Origin: an uncultured Verrucomicrobiae bacterium
Lineage (GTDB): Bacteria; Verrucomicrobiota; Verrucomicrobiia; Chthoniobacterales; UBA10450
Direction: 5' to 3'
DNA length: 64,000 nucleotides
Assembly: GCA_963815455.1 (NCBI GenBank)
Contig: CAWFGO010000001.1
Location: 704,001-768,000 of the forward strand
Part shown: one piece after another, positions 29,221 through 38,700 of the stretch
Numbering within the stretch: position 1 is the stretch's first letter
How the letters are laid out: the number at the start of each line of letters is the position of its first letter
The notes under the pieces: model-generated
Seen by the model: only the letters and a program-made list of their open reading frames with translations
Databases searched by the model: none
What the model was told of the DNA's origin: nothing
Made by a program: the position numbers and the translations under genes

Positions 29221-32200
29221 CTAAGGCAACCCGTGGCCGATGTTGGATTTGACTGAGGAGGCGTCGGTGCCGTTTATGGCGCCGTTGGCGTTCACGTCGG
29301 AGCGGAAGTTTGCGCTGGTGACCGCTTGGCCAATTCGCCCCTTGGTCTGCGACACATCGGTGGAATTGACCGTTGCATTGTTGTTGGTGTCGCCCAGTAG
29401 CCGGCTCATCGGTATCACTACGTTGGCCAAAGGCTCATCCGCGGTGTTCACTCCGTTGAGCGTGACGTTGATGGTCTGCACATCGGCTACGTTGGTGAGC
29501 GGGATCGTGACCATGTTTCCGGACACGGTTACCATCCCGCCATTGCTGACGCCACCGGTCCCGATGGTTGCTGTGCCCAACGTGACCTGCGCCTGCGGGC
29601 TTCCCGTCACGGTCACATTGCCTGAGAACGTGACCACCATCGTGTAATCGTTGGTCCCGCCGCCGCTACGGCATTCGATTCCGGGCGTGCCGGTAAGCGG
29701 CAGATCGATGTCGAAGTCGCCTGCGCCGCCGTGGGTCTTTCGTGATACCGCGCCAGTCACGCTGGCCGGGCACGGCTCGTAGATGGCGGCGCTGTCCACT
29801 CGCCACCCAGCGTGCGAGACGGAGTTGTCCGAACACATCCGCCAGCGCAGCGTCACCGGCTGGCCAACAGCGGCACCCGGAAGGGTCACCGTAGAGGTTT
29901 CGAACCCACCAGAACCCCCATTGGAGATTCCGCTCCAGCCGCCGGTGGTGGTGTGGATAGGCGCCGTTACGGTGCACGGATTGGCGAACCCGGTGCTGAT
30001 CGACGTGTGGTTATAGCCCCCGCTAACAAAGCTGCCTCCTGCAGCGATGATGTCCTGATAGGCGCCGCCGTTAATGCTGATCTCTAAGACCCCTACGTCG
30101 TAGGCAATGGCGGCGGACGACTGTTCCAAGTCGTAGTTCTGCCTGAAAGTCAGCTGCGCCGAAGCCGAGTTGACCGTAAGCGTTGGCGTGTCCAGCCGGT
30201 TATCCAGGAGATTAGCCGGATCTTGCGAGAAAACGGCGTTGGGCAGGCTATCCGCAATCGGCGCCGGAGTTCCTGAATTGGAGGTAACCCATAATGGGAA
30301 TCCACCTGAATTTACCCCCTGCGTGGCCACCCATCCCGTGGGCAGCATCGGCGGAGTGACTCCGTCAAAGTTCTGCACGAATGTCGGACAGAAATTACCG
30401 GTGTAATTGTAATTCCCCGAGAAGGCGAGGTTCGGGTTTCCAAACGAATCGGTGATTGCGCCGGCGCCAATGCTCGCTGTCACCATGCCCGAGAAAATAC
30501 TCGTGAAGTTCAACGTAAACCGCGCGGTCGTGTTCCCGTTGATCAGGGTAACCATTGTCACGGTGCCGGGAATGCCGCTCAGCGTCAGATCGCTCGTTTG
30601 CACCGAGGCCGGATCGACAGCTTCGTTGAAGTTCACGTCGTACATCGACGACCCCGGCCCCGAGAAGTTGCCGCCCACCGGCGGATTAGTCGTAGTCACC
30701 TGAAGGGCCAGAGCATCGTACCGGAACGTGCACGTGAAATCCATCACCGCGTTACCCATTGTGTCGTTAAAAGCGCCCGCGGCAATGTGCATCGTGTTGA
30801 GGCCCTGCACCACCGGCGTGCTGCTGAAGTGGAACGTAATCTGGGTATTGCCTGCGCCGAAGGTAGGCGCCAAGTTTGACGGAGTTCCGTTCACTGTGAA
30901 ATCACCTGCCTGAACGGTCCTCGTATTCACCGCATCGTTCAGGTTGATGACGAAGTCCACAGGTTGCGTGGCGATCACGCTGTTGCAAGCCGGCACGTTG
31001 CTCGACACGCCAAAACCCAAGCCGGGGAGGGTGAGTGTATTCGTGTATAGGTCAAACGCGTGCAACGTGCCATCCGCGTTTGTGCCATCGCAGTTCGCGT
31101 TGTCTGCCCAGACCGTGTAGAGCTTGCCCGCGTGCGCGGACTGACCAACATAGTCGCCAAAGTCGATACCGTTGCTCGACGCCGCCGCGTTCGAGAAGCC
31201 GCCGCTCAAGCGCGTGTTCGGCGCCCAGGTGGCGCCGCCATCGGTGCTGAAGGTGCCATAATATTCGGCATCGTCATTGGCAATGCTATTCGTCCCGCCG
31301 GAACCGGGCACGCCATTGTCGTTGCGACAATCATGAAAGCCCACCGCCACCGTCCCGGTTGTACGGTCCAATGCGAGATATGGCAAAAACTGGCTTCGGA
31401 TCGGCGACGCCGGGTCGTCGTTCACGCGCACCGGCGCGGTCCAGGTCGCGCCGTCATCAGTCGATGTGCGCATCTCAATATCCGTGTCGTTGTTCTCGTT
31501 TACAGTCTCCTCCGTGTACACCAGGTAGATGCGATTGTTGAACGGCCCACCGGTCGTGTCCCATACCAGTCCGGCCTCGGCATCAATGGAGCGTCCGTTC
31601 TGTGCCGGGATAAAGTCGAAGCCGCCCACGTTGGTCGTCGTGACGGTGATGCGCGCGCCGAACCCCCCCGCTCCCAGGCCATCCGCATCCACATTGGCGT
31701 AGATCGTCGCTGGACCCTGCCCACCAGTCGGGCTTTGATAAGTTACGATAACCTTGCCGCCGTTCGCACCGGGTCCAACCGCGATACCGCCAAAACTGCC
31801 GCTGGCTGACGGGATTGACTGCTGGGCGCCGAATGGCCCCCAAGTACCCAGACCCGTCACTGGCGCCCCGCGCGCGACCATACTTCCGCTCGAGTTCCAG
31901 TCGACCCACACGCTGCCGTTACCCACAGCGATCGAGGGCTGATCCACGCTGCCCGTGCCCGCAGTTACCGGTGCGCTGAATGTTGCGCCGCCATCGGTAC
32001 TCAAGATGACGTTGATTTGGTTGACGCTGTTGTTGATGTAGACAAGAAACAAGTTCCCGAACGTGTCCCACGCTGCCTGCCCGTCGCAGCAGGCCACACC
32101 CGTGGCTACGGTGCCACGCGTCCAGGTCGCACCGCCGTTAGTCGAGTACGCGCGGAAAATGCTGTTCTCGCTGGCCAGGTTCGAAAAGGCCACGAGGTTG

Positions 32201-32481
32201 TTTGGATTCGTCGGGTTGACGACAACGTGACTCTCAGACTCGTTGCCCGCCCGGACGCTGACGTTTACCACCGGCACCAGGCAGGCCGCCGGCTCCGCCG
32301 GTTTTAACAGTTCGGATACTATCGGGAGCCGGTTCTTGGGTTTAATGCATTTGCGTGTGCCCTCGGGCACATTCTTGTCCTGGTTCGCCGGCAGCATCAC
32401 TTGGGCGTCCAACGTGCACTTGCCAGGCGTGAGGAATGTGAAAACCGCGGAAAGCGCAACGAGGGCGAGGCGTTTTTTCAT
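29221..32481 (-). CDS. large secreted protein: sialidase/BNR propeller, two Ig-like domains, beta-sandwich, SRKTHG domain and dockerin-like tail
   Basis: Signal peptide; four STxxGATW/F Asp-boxes; GDY motif; duplicated Ca-loop motifs GDTNNNATVNSTD and SDVNANGAINGTD. Confidence 0.88.
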   Translation of the reverse strand: MKKRLALVALSAVFTFLTPGKCTLDAQVMLPANQDKNVPEGTRKCIKPKNRLPIVSELLKPAEPAACLVPVVNVSVRAGNESESHVVVNPTNPNNLVAFSNLASENSIFRAYSTNGGATWTRGTVATGVACCDGQAAWDTFGNLFLVYINNSVNQINVILSTDGGATFSAPVTAGTGSVDQPSIAVGNGSVWVDWNSSGSMVARGAPVTGLGTWGPFGAQQSIPSASGSFGGIAVGPGANGGKVIVTYQSPTGGQGPATIYANVDADGLGAGGFGARITVTTTNVGGFDFIPAQNGRSIDAEAGLVWDTTGGPFNNRIYLVYTEETVNENNDTDIEMRTSTDDGATWTAPVRVNDDPASPIRSQFLPYLALDRTTGTVAVGFHDCRNDNGVPGSGGTNSIANDDAEYYGTFSTDGGATWAPNTRLSGGFSNAAASSNGIDFGDYVGQSAHAGKLYTVWADNANCDGTNADGTLHAFDLYTNTLTLPGLGFGVSSNVPACNSVIATQPVDFVINLNDAVNTRTVQAGDFTVNGTPSNLAPTFGAGNTQITFHFSSTPVVQGLNTMHIAAGAFNDTMGNAVMDFTCTFRYDALALQVTTTNPPVGGNFSGPGSSMYDVNFNEAVDPASVQTSDLTLSGIPGTVTMVTLINGNTTARFTLNFTSIFSGMVTASIGAGAITDSFGNPNLAFSGNYNYTGNFCPTFVQNFDGVTPPMLPTGWVATQGVNSGGFPLWVTSNSGTPAPIADSLPNAVFSQDPANLLDNRLDTPTLTVNSASAQLTFRQNYDLEQSSAAIAYDVGVLEISINGGAYQDIIAAGGSFVSGGYNHTSISTGFANPCTVTAPIHTTTGGWSGISNGGSGGFETSTVTLPGAAVGQPVTLRWRMCSDNSVSHAGWRVDSAAIYEPCPASVTGAVSRKTHGGAGDFDIDLPLTGTPGIECRSGGGTNDYTMVVTFSGNVTVTGSPQAQVTLGTATIGTGGVSNGGMVTVSGNMVTIPLTNVADVQTINVTLNGVNTADEPLANVVIPMSRLLGDTNNNATVNSTDVSQTKGRIGQAVTSANFRSDVNANGAINGTDASSVKSNIGHGLP

Positions 32482-32586
32482 ATGGGATTTTGGCCACGAG
32501 GGCTAAATCATTTTCGAACCAATGTCGAGCCAATTCACGAAGACAGCGGAACCCCGTTGAGGTCTTTTTCCCTTGCGGCGACAAAC

Positions 32587-32620
32587 TGTCATTGACAATT
32601 GATACCCACTCAGATGGAAT
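32587..32620 (+). promoter_or_regulatory. putative sigma70 promoter with overlapping palindrome
   Basis: TTGACA (32592-32597), 17 nt, TGGAAT (32615-32620), 6 nt, ATG; TGTCA-T-TGACA palindrome. Confidence 0.45.
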
Positions 32621-32626
32621 GAAAAA

Positions 32627-33049
32627 ATGAAACCCCAACGATTAATTTTAGCCCTGCTTGCGCTAACATTTGTTTTGGGTCCGCAATTGCCCGGAACCGC
32701 ATCGGCGAAGGATAACAAGAAATACACTGCCAGACTGATCTCGCCGAGACCGGGAGAGGTTTTGATTCCTGGAAAAGTTGTGAGGATTGAATGGGCGGCG
32801 GATTTTCCAGACGTGGACCTGTCGATGTGTGAGACGGAAGTTCTGCTTTCGCTCGATGGTGGCCGGACGATCTACGCGCTTCTGACGGAGCAGCGTAACC
32901 CGAATGTGCATTATTTCGATTGGACCGTCCCGAATACGCCTACCAGCACAGCGGTGCTGGACATTCGCTTTGGCTGCCTGAATCTTTACCCGGAAACGTC
33001 AAGCCTTCAGGTTCAATCCGCTTTTACGATCGGCCCGGCGACGAATTGA
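32627..33049 (+). CDS. secreted single Ig-like domain protein
   Basis: Signal peptide; SPRPGEVL..G.VVRIEW, LLSLDGG, FDWTVP pattern. Confidence 0.8.
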   Translation: MKPQRLILALLALTFVLGPQLPGTASAKDNKKYTARLISPRPGEVLIPGKVVRIEWAADFPDVDLSMCETEVLLSLDGGRTIYALLTEQRNPNVHYFDWTVPNTPTSTAVLDIRFGCLNLYPETSSLQVQSAFTIGPATN

Positions 33050-33105
33050 TTTTTTTGGTGCCTTGCCGCGGGATCAGACTATAGCCGTCTTCGTTGTCCC
33101 TCAGA

Positions 33106-33510
33106 GTGAGAATCATACTTTCGACCCTAGCAGCACTGGGCCTTCTGGCTGTTCCCGCCACGGCGCCGGCGCAAGTGACCAGTGGAGAACAGCCTCCCCA
33201 TTCGGCGCACGCACCCTCAAAAGCGGATGCCGCATCACTCCAGAAAAAAGCCGCCGATGCCCAAGCCCGGATTCAGTCCAATCAGAACGACCGCGACCAG
33301 CTAATGAAAGCGGTCAAGACGAACGAGGTGGGGTTGGCCAAACAAGTCCTCCTCAGAAACGGATTCACCCCTGTCGATTTGGAAAATGCGAAGATTACTC
33401 TACGGACGGGCGGCGGAAAGGGAGGCAAAGACGAAATAGAAATCACTGCCACCTGTTGTGATCCAAAGGAAATCACAATCCAGCGATCCCTGGAGTACTT
33501 CACCAAATAG
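33106..33510 (+). CDS. secreted hypothetical protein
   Basis: Signal peptide ending APA-Q; helical N-half; CC motif near C-terminus; start GTG 33106 or TTG 33094. Confidence 0.75.
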   Translation: MRIILSTLAALGLLAVPATAPAQVTSGEQPPHSAHAPSKADAASLQKKAADAQARIQSNQNDRDQLMKAVKTNEVGLAKQVLLRNGFTPVDLENAKITLRTGGGKGGKDEIEITATCCDPKEITIQRSLEYFTK

Positions 33511-33578
33511 CCGTCACGGAAAATCCGGCGCACCTTGTCACTCCCGGTGGAGCGAGCCGCCTCCCTGTGCCGGGCGCA

Positions 33579-33640
33579 GGCCGGCGGCAGAGCGCCGCGG
33601 CTACAACAATTTCTTCGTGTCCTTCGTGTCCTTCGTGGTT
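33579..33640. repeat. GTAG-type REP half (family F4) plus 3x CTTCGTG 9-mers upstream of thrS
   Basis: Reverse complement gttgtagccgcggcg matches 50431-50443; ttcttcgtgtccttcgtgtccttcgtggtt. Confidence 0.75.
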
Positions 33641-33654
33641 AATTGCTCCCGTTT

Positions 33655-35751
33655 ATGCAGGAAGACCGCAAAACTCTAGACCAACGCGCGACGATGACGG
33701 ACTTGGAACGTCTTCGCCATTCGGCATCGCATGTTCTCGCCACCGCGATTCTAAAAATCTGGCCGGAGGCCCAATTCGCCGCCGGTCCGCCGGTCGAGAA
33801 CGGTTTTTATTACGATGTCGATCTTCCCCACCGGATTTCGCCTGACGACTTCGAAAAGATCGAGGCCGAGATGAAGAAGGAAATCAAGGCCAATCATCCG
33901 TTCGAAAAGATCGAAGTCTCCCGCGACGAAGCTTTGGCCATGGCGAAACGCGGTGAACTTGGTGCCCTTGGTGCGAGGTCCGAGCCGAGCAAGTTCAAGA
34001 TCGACATCATCGAGAACATCCCGGCGGATGAGAAAATCTCGCTCTATCGCAACGGCGATTTCCTCGATCTCTGCGCCGGCCCCCACGTGATGCGCACCGG
34101 AAACGTCGGCGCGTTCAAACTGACGCACGTCGCGAGCGCCTATTACAAAGGCGACGAAAAGAATCCGCAGCTCCAACGCATTTACGGCACCGCTTTCAAA
34201 AACAAGACGCAGCTCGACGAATATTTCGCCATGCTCGAGGAAGCGAAGAAACGCGACCATCGCAAGCTCGGCAAAGAACTGGAGATTTACATCATCGACG
34301 ACGACGTCGGCCCCGGGTTGCCGCTGTGGCTTCCGCGCGGCGCCGCCATGATCGAAGAACTGGAGAGGCTCGCCAAGGAAACCGAGTTCGCCGCCGGCTA
34401 TCTACGCGTGCGCACGCCGCATATCGCGCGCGAAAGTCTCTATCTAAAAGAGCGGACATCTTCCTTACTACTAGGGAGTCAATGTTTCCGCCGATGCCGG
34501 TCGAGAAAACACGAAGAATATCGCATTGGGCCGCTTGTTTTGAGCGAGGGAGAAGCAAAGGGCGATTTGGACACTCACGAGAAGGCGGTAAAGGCATTCA
34601 TGCCTGATTTGGATACGCCCGGACATCCGCGAGTCGATGAGCAAAATGACTCAGCGAGGAAATTGATCAGATTATTGAGGAGCGAATGTTCGAAAATGGG
34701 GCGACAGAAGTTAACAAAGCCTTTAACAGAGGTGCCATTGATAATTGGTTATCAATGGTAATGCTGACCCAAATAGCGCCGATTGAAGATCGCTATTTTC
34801 TCAAAGCGATGAACTGTCCGCATCATCACAAGTTGTTTGCGGCGGTTCCTCGGAGTTATCGCGATCTGCCGCTGCGGCTGGCAGAGTACGGGACCTGTTA
34901 TCGCTACGAGCAGAGCGGTGAATTGATCGGACTCATGCGGGTGCGCTCGATGCAGATGAACGACGCGCACATTTATATGCACGCCGGAGCAGTTCGAAAC
35001 CGAGTTCAACGCCGTGAACGAGATGTATCTGAAATATTTCAAGCTCTTCGGGATCGAGAAATATCTGATGCGTTTCTCGACCCACGATCCGGCCAAGCTC
35101 GGACAAAAATTTGTCGATGAACCGGAGCTTTGGAAACAAACCGAAGAAATGACCCGCAACGTTCTCAAGAATTCCGGGATCAATTACGTCGAGGTGCCAA
35201 ACGAAGCGGCGTTTTACGGACCGAAGATCGACGTGCAAGCCTGGAGCGCGATCGGGCGGGAATTTTCCATCGCCACCAACCAGGTCGATTTCGCGCAGCC
35301 GCGCCGGTTCGAGCTCGTTTACAAAGACAAGGACAACACCGAGAAAACGCCGCTCTGCATCCATCGCGCCCCGCTCGGCACCCACGAACGATTCATCGGC
35401 TTCCTGATCGAACATTACGCCGGCAATTTCCCGCTTTGGTTATCCCCGGAACAGGTCCGCATCCTCACCATCGGCGACGACGCGAAGCTGATCGATTATT
35501 CGATGTCGATCTTAAATGAGTTGCGCGCACATCAAGTCCGCGCCGAGATCGACAAGAGCACCGATCAAATCAACGGCAAAATCCAGCGCGCCGAACAAAT
35601 GAAAGTCCACACCATGTTCGTGATCGGAAAACGCGACCTCGAGGCAGACGCCGTCAGCGTCCGCGTTCACGGCAAGGGAAATCTCGGCGCCAAACCGCGC
35701 GCGGAAGCGATCGAGGACATTTTGCTGTCGATCAAGGAACGACGCAGTTAG
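33655..35751 (+). CDS. thrS: threonyl-tRNA synthetase (no TGS domain; ~98-codon insertion; about 5 apparent frameshifts)
   Basis: [63 protein letters not shown] across ORFs 33643, 34326, 34686, 35014. Confidence 0.96.
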
Positions 35752-35759
35752 ACTGGGGA

Positions 35760-38700
35760 ATGCTTCGGGCCTGGCGCTCAGTTAGCGTCACGATTGTTGC
35801 GCTCTGGACATCCGCGACATTTCTCTCCTCCGCAGACAAGCCGGGAGCGTATACCAAACTCCCTGCAGACCAGGCCGTGGCCCAGTTGTTCGACAGTCCT
35901 GCACCGCCGGTCGATTGGCGGGAATATCTTCGCCAGCATCCGCTAAAGCGGAATATTCCGGCCAAGAACGCTCCTCTTGACGACGTTCTGGAATACTGGC
36001 GTTACGCCGCGGACGAACCCCCGCCCGACGCAGACACGCAACAACGATTGCTTGAAGTATGCGAGCGCGACCCGGACGAATTGCCCGACTTTGCGCGTTT
36101 CTTTGGCAAAGCGTCGATCGACACTCAGGAACGATTGAAGCGAATTTACGACCGAACCTCGTCGAAACACACGGCAAAAGCTGAGGATCTCGCGCGAAAT
36201 TTTCATGACTGGCTGATGAAACACACGCGTTACTTTCGCGAAGACTTTATCAAGAGAGTCTTTCCGGCCGAAGACGGATTGCGAATTGCGGCGACAGAGA
36301 ACGAACTAGAAGCCTTCATCAACCTCGACCGCGAATCAGCGCGCAGCCATTTGATTGAGCAAGCAAAAAGCGCTGACGAATCGCTGCGTATCTCCGCCCT
36401 TTCATTGCTCTTCGAATATTTTGGCACCGATGCCGACGCGGAGTCATGGCGAAAGGAACTTTGCGCGATGGCCACGGATCGGGATAAGCCTACGGATCTT
36501 CTAGAAAAGGCGATTTTCGGTGCAATGAAACGTCCCTGGCCCGGCCGGGAAAAATGGTTCACGAGACTATTCGAAGATCGGCAATTGCTTCATCCGGACA
36601 AGCCCGCGGACATGAATGCGCTGGCCAAGTGTGTCGCGCGTGAGCCCGATCGATTGATTGCATTGGTTACGCCTTTGGTGGTCTCAGCCAACGTGACCAT
36701 TCGCGACAACGCGGTCCAGTGCCTGGTCCAATTCGACAATGCAGAAAAGGCCCGGGCTGATGCACTGCGTCCATTGTTACCGTGGCTGACAAATAAACGT
36801 TGGGCTGACGACGTCGACGGTTTTGAGCGTTCCTCTTTGTTCCGCGCGTTGACTTTGACAAATCTGCCGGAGTGCGCGCCGCTTCTCCCGAAGTGCATAG
36901 AAAGCGAAACCGGCGCGCAGCTCGAGTATGCGCTGGATGCGTCGGTGCATTATCGTGTGAGCGATGCAATTGCTCCCATGCGACGAAGAATAAAGCACGA
37001 GCGGAATGATGAATATCGCACCGCGTTAATGTCGGCGCTGTTTCACCTGAATGGCTTAAAACCGAGCGAGATCTCAGATTGCCTGAGGCCATATGTCGAG
37101 AAGGTCGCGGACAAGCTCGAAGAATGGGGTGGCTCGGATTATTATTCATGGTCGGCGGTGGATAAGCATGGAGTGGATTGGCATGCGGAAGTCGGGTACA
37201 AAATCGCGTCGAGCGTCACGGGAATTGAGGCCGCGGCGAAAGTCGTGCTCGATCTGGCCCATCAAGAGGAGGCGAAAAACCCGATTGCTTCCGAACATCT
37301 TTACTGCCTGGCGTTGAAATGGCCGACATCGATCAGAAGGCGCGTACTCACGGAGCGATTGCAAGGCGGCGCATTTTCTCCCGCCTGGATTGGAACAGTG
37401 ATTGAGCTAAGGCACGACCTTAAGCAGACACTACACGAAGTAGCCGATCTCAAAGGTTCTGGACAGGGAATTCAAGCGGCGCTGACCGAAGATCAAGGTT
37501 CGATCGAAACGGTATTGAAAGGCACCGATAGCGCGGCGCAAACTGCGGTGTTCGCGTGCGCCCGTCTGGCGCGTGTTTCGATTCCCTTGGATCTTGCGGT
37601 TCGCTTTCTCGATTCGAGCGATCAGCACCTGATGCAAGCGGCCGATAAATATTTTGCGGAAAGCGATTCGCCGAATGCCCGGGCCGAAGCTAAGAAGCGT
37701 GCAGTCAATCGGGCAAGAGTTCTGGGGACGCAACTGAACTTTTCGGCGTTTGCAATGGATCATGGCGCCATCTCGCGGACGGAAGCAGAGCTGAGGGCGT
37801 TTTTTCAGCGATCTGATCCACCACGCGAGATATTTGCTTTGCTCAGTGAAGGCAATTTTGGCAATGACGGGCAACGGGCATTGTTTGTTTACAACAAGCG
37901 GAACGTACTACGCTGCGCGGATGGCAACGGGCGCATGCGCGAACGAGAAGTCTCGCCTGCGGAACTCGATGTTCTTCGCAGTTGGATCGTGAAGAACGAT
38001 GTCGGCAATCTGCCGCCGTATGACGAAGGCACAATGGATGGCATCCAATTGCAATACGTTCACATCACTCCGGATGGAGGAGAGCGCGTCTTCATGAACA
38101 ATCCACCAGGCGGACCCATGGGGGCCGCGAAAGTTCAACCCGGAATTACCGAGCGCCGGCCTGATCCGATCGTTTACTCAGAACTGACCCGCCGGATTAT
38201 GAAGTTGAACGAAGTTCCAATGGCTGTCGTCTATCCAACGCTCAAAAAGCTTGAAGGATACCGCGTTGTTCACGCGAAGGAACAAGGCGAAATTGCATCG
38301 TTGCGGTTTCGCGAAGGCGAACTGTTCGCCGGAGTGACCATTTCGTACGACAAGCCGATTGAGTGGTGCGTCGTCGAAAACGATCATTTGTCGAGGAAGT
38401 TTCGAACGGAACCGCCCAACCCGTTGAAGCGACAGTTGTGGCCTGATTACAATGACTGGGACGACCGCGCTGCGAACGTTGAAGAAGGTCCGTATGCAGG
38501 AAAGCTCCTTTGGCCGGGAACCAGACAAAAAGATAACGTAGATGGCCTTTGGGCTTCGGGTCGGACTGGCCAACCAGACCTCATTGCGCGCGGAATATTC
38601 TACCGCCCGCTAGTTTGCCCTGCCGGTGACTGGATCGTGGTTGCCAAAACTCAAGAAGGCGAGATGTGGAATGCTCCTAATGGGGTTGTGCGAATTCACC

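Noticed and set aside
33511..33654. T-box riboswitch upstream of thrS
   Set aside because: No T-box consensus; the region is short and occupied by REP and 9-mer repeats.
34497..34790. thrS insert as an intein or group I/II intron
   Set aside because: No Cys/Ser start with His-Asn end, no recognisable P7 or domain V sequences, and it reads as plausible protein after indel correction.
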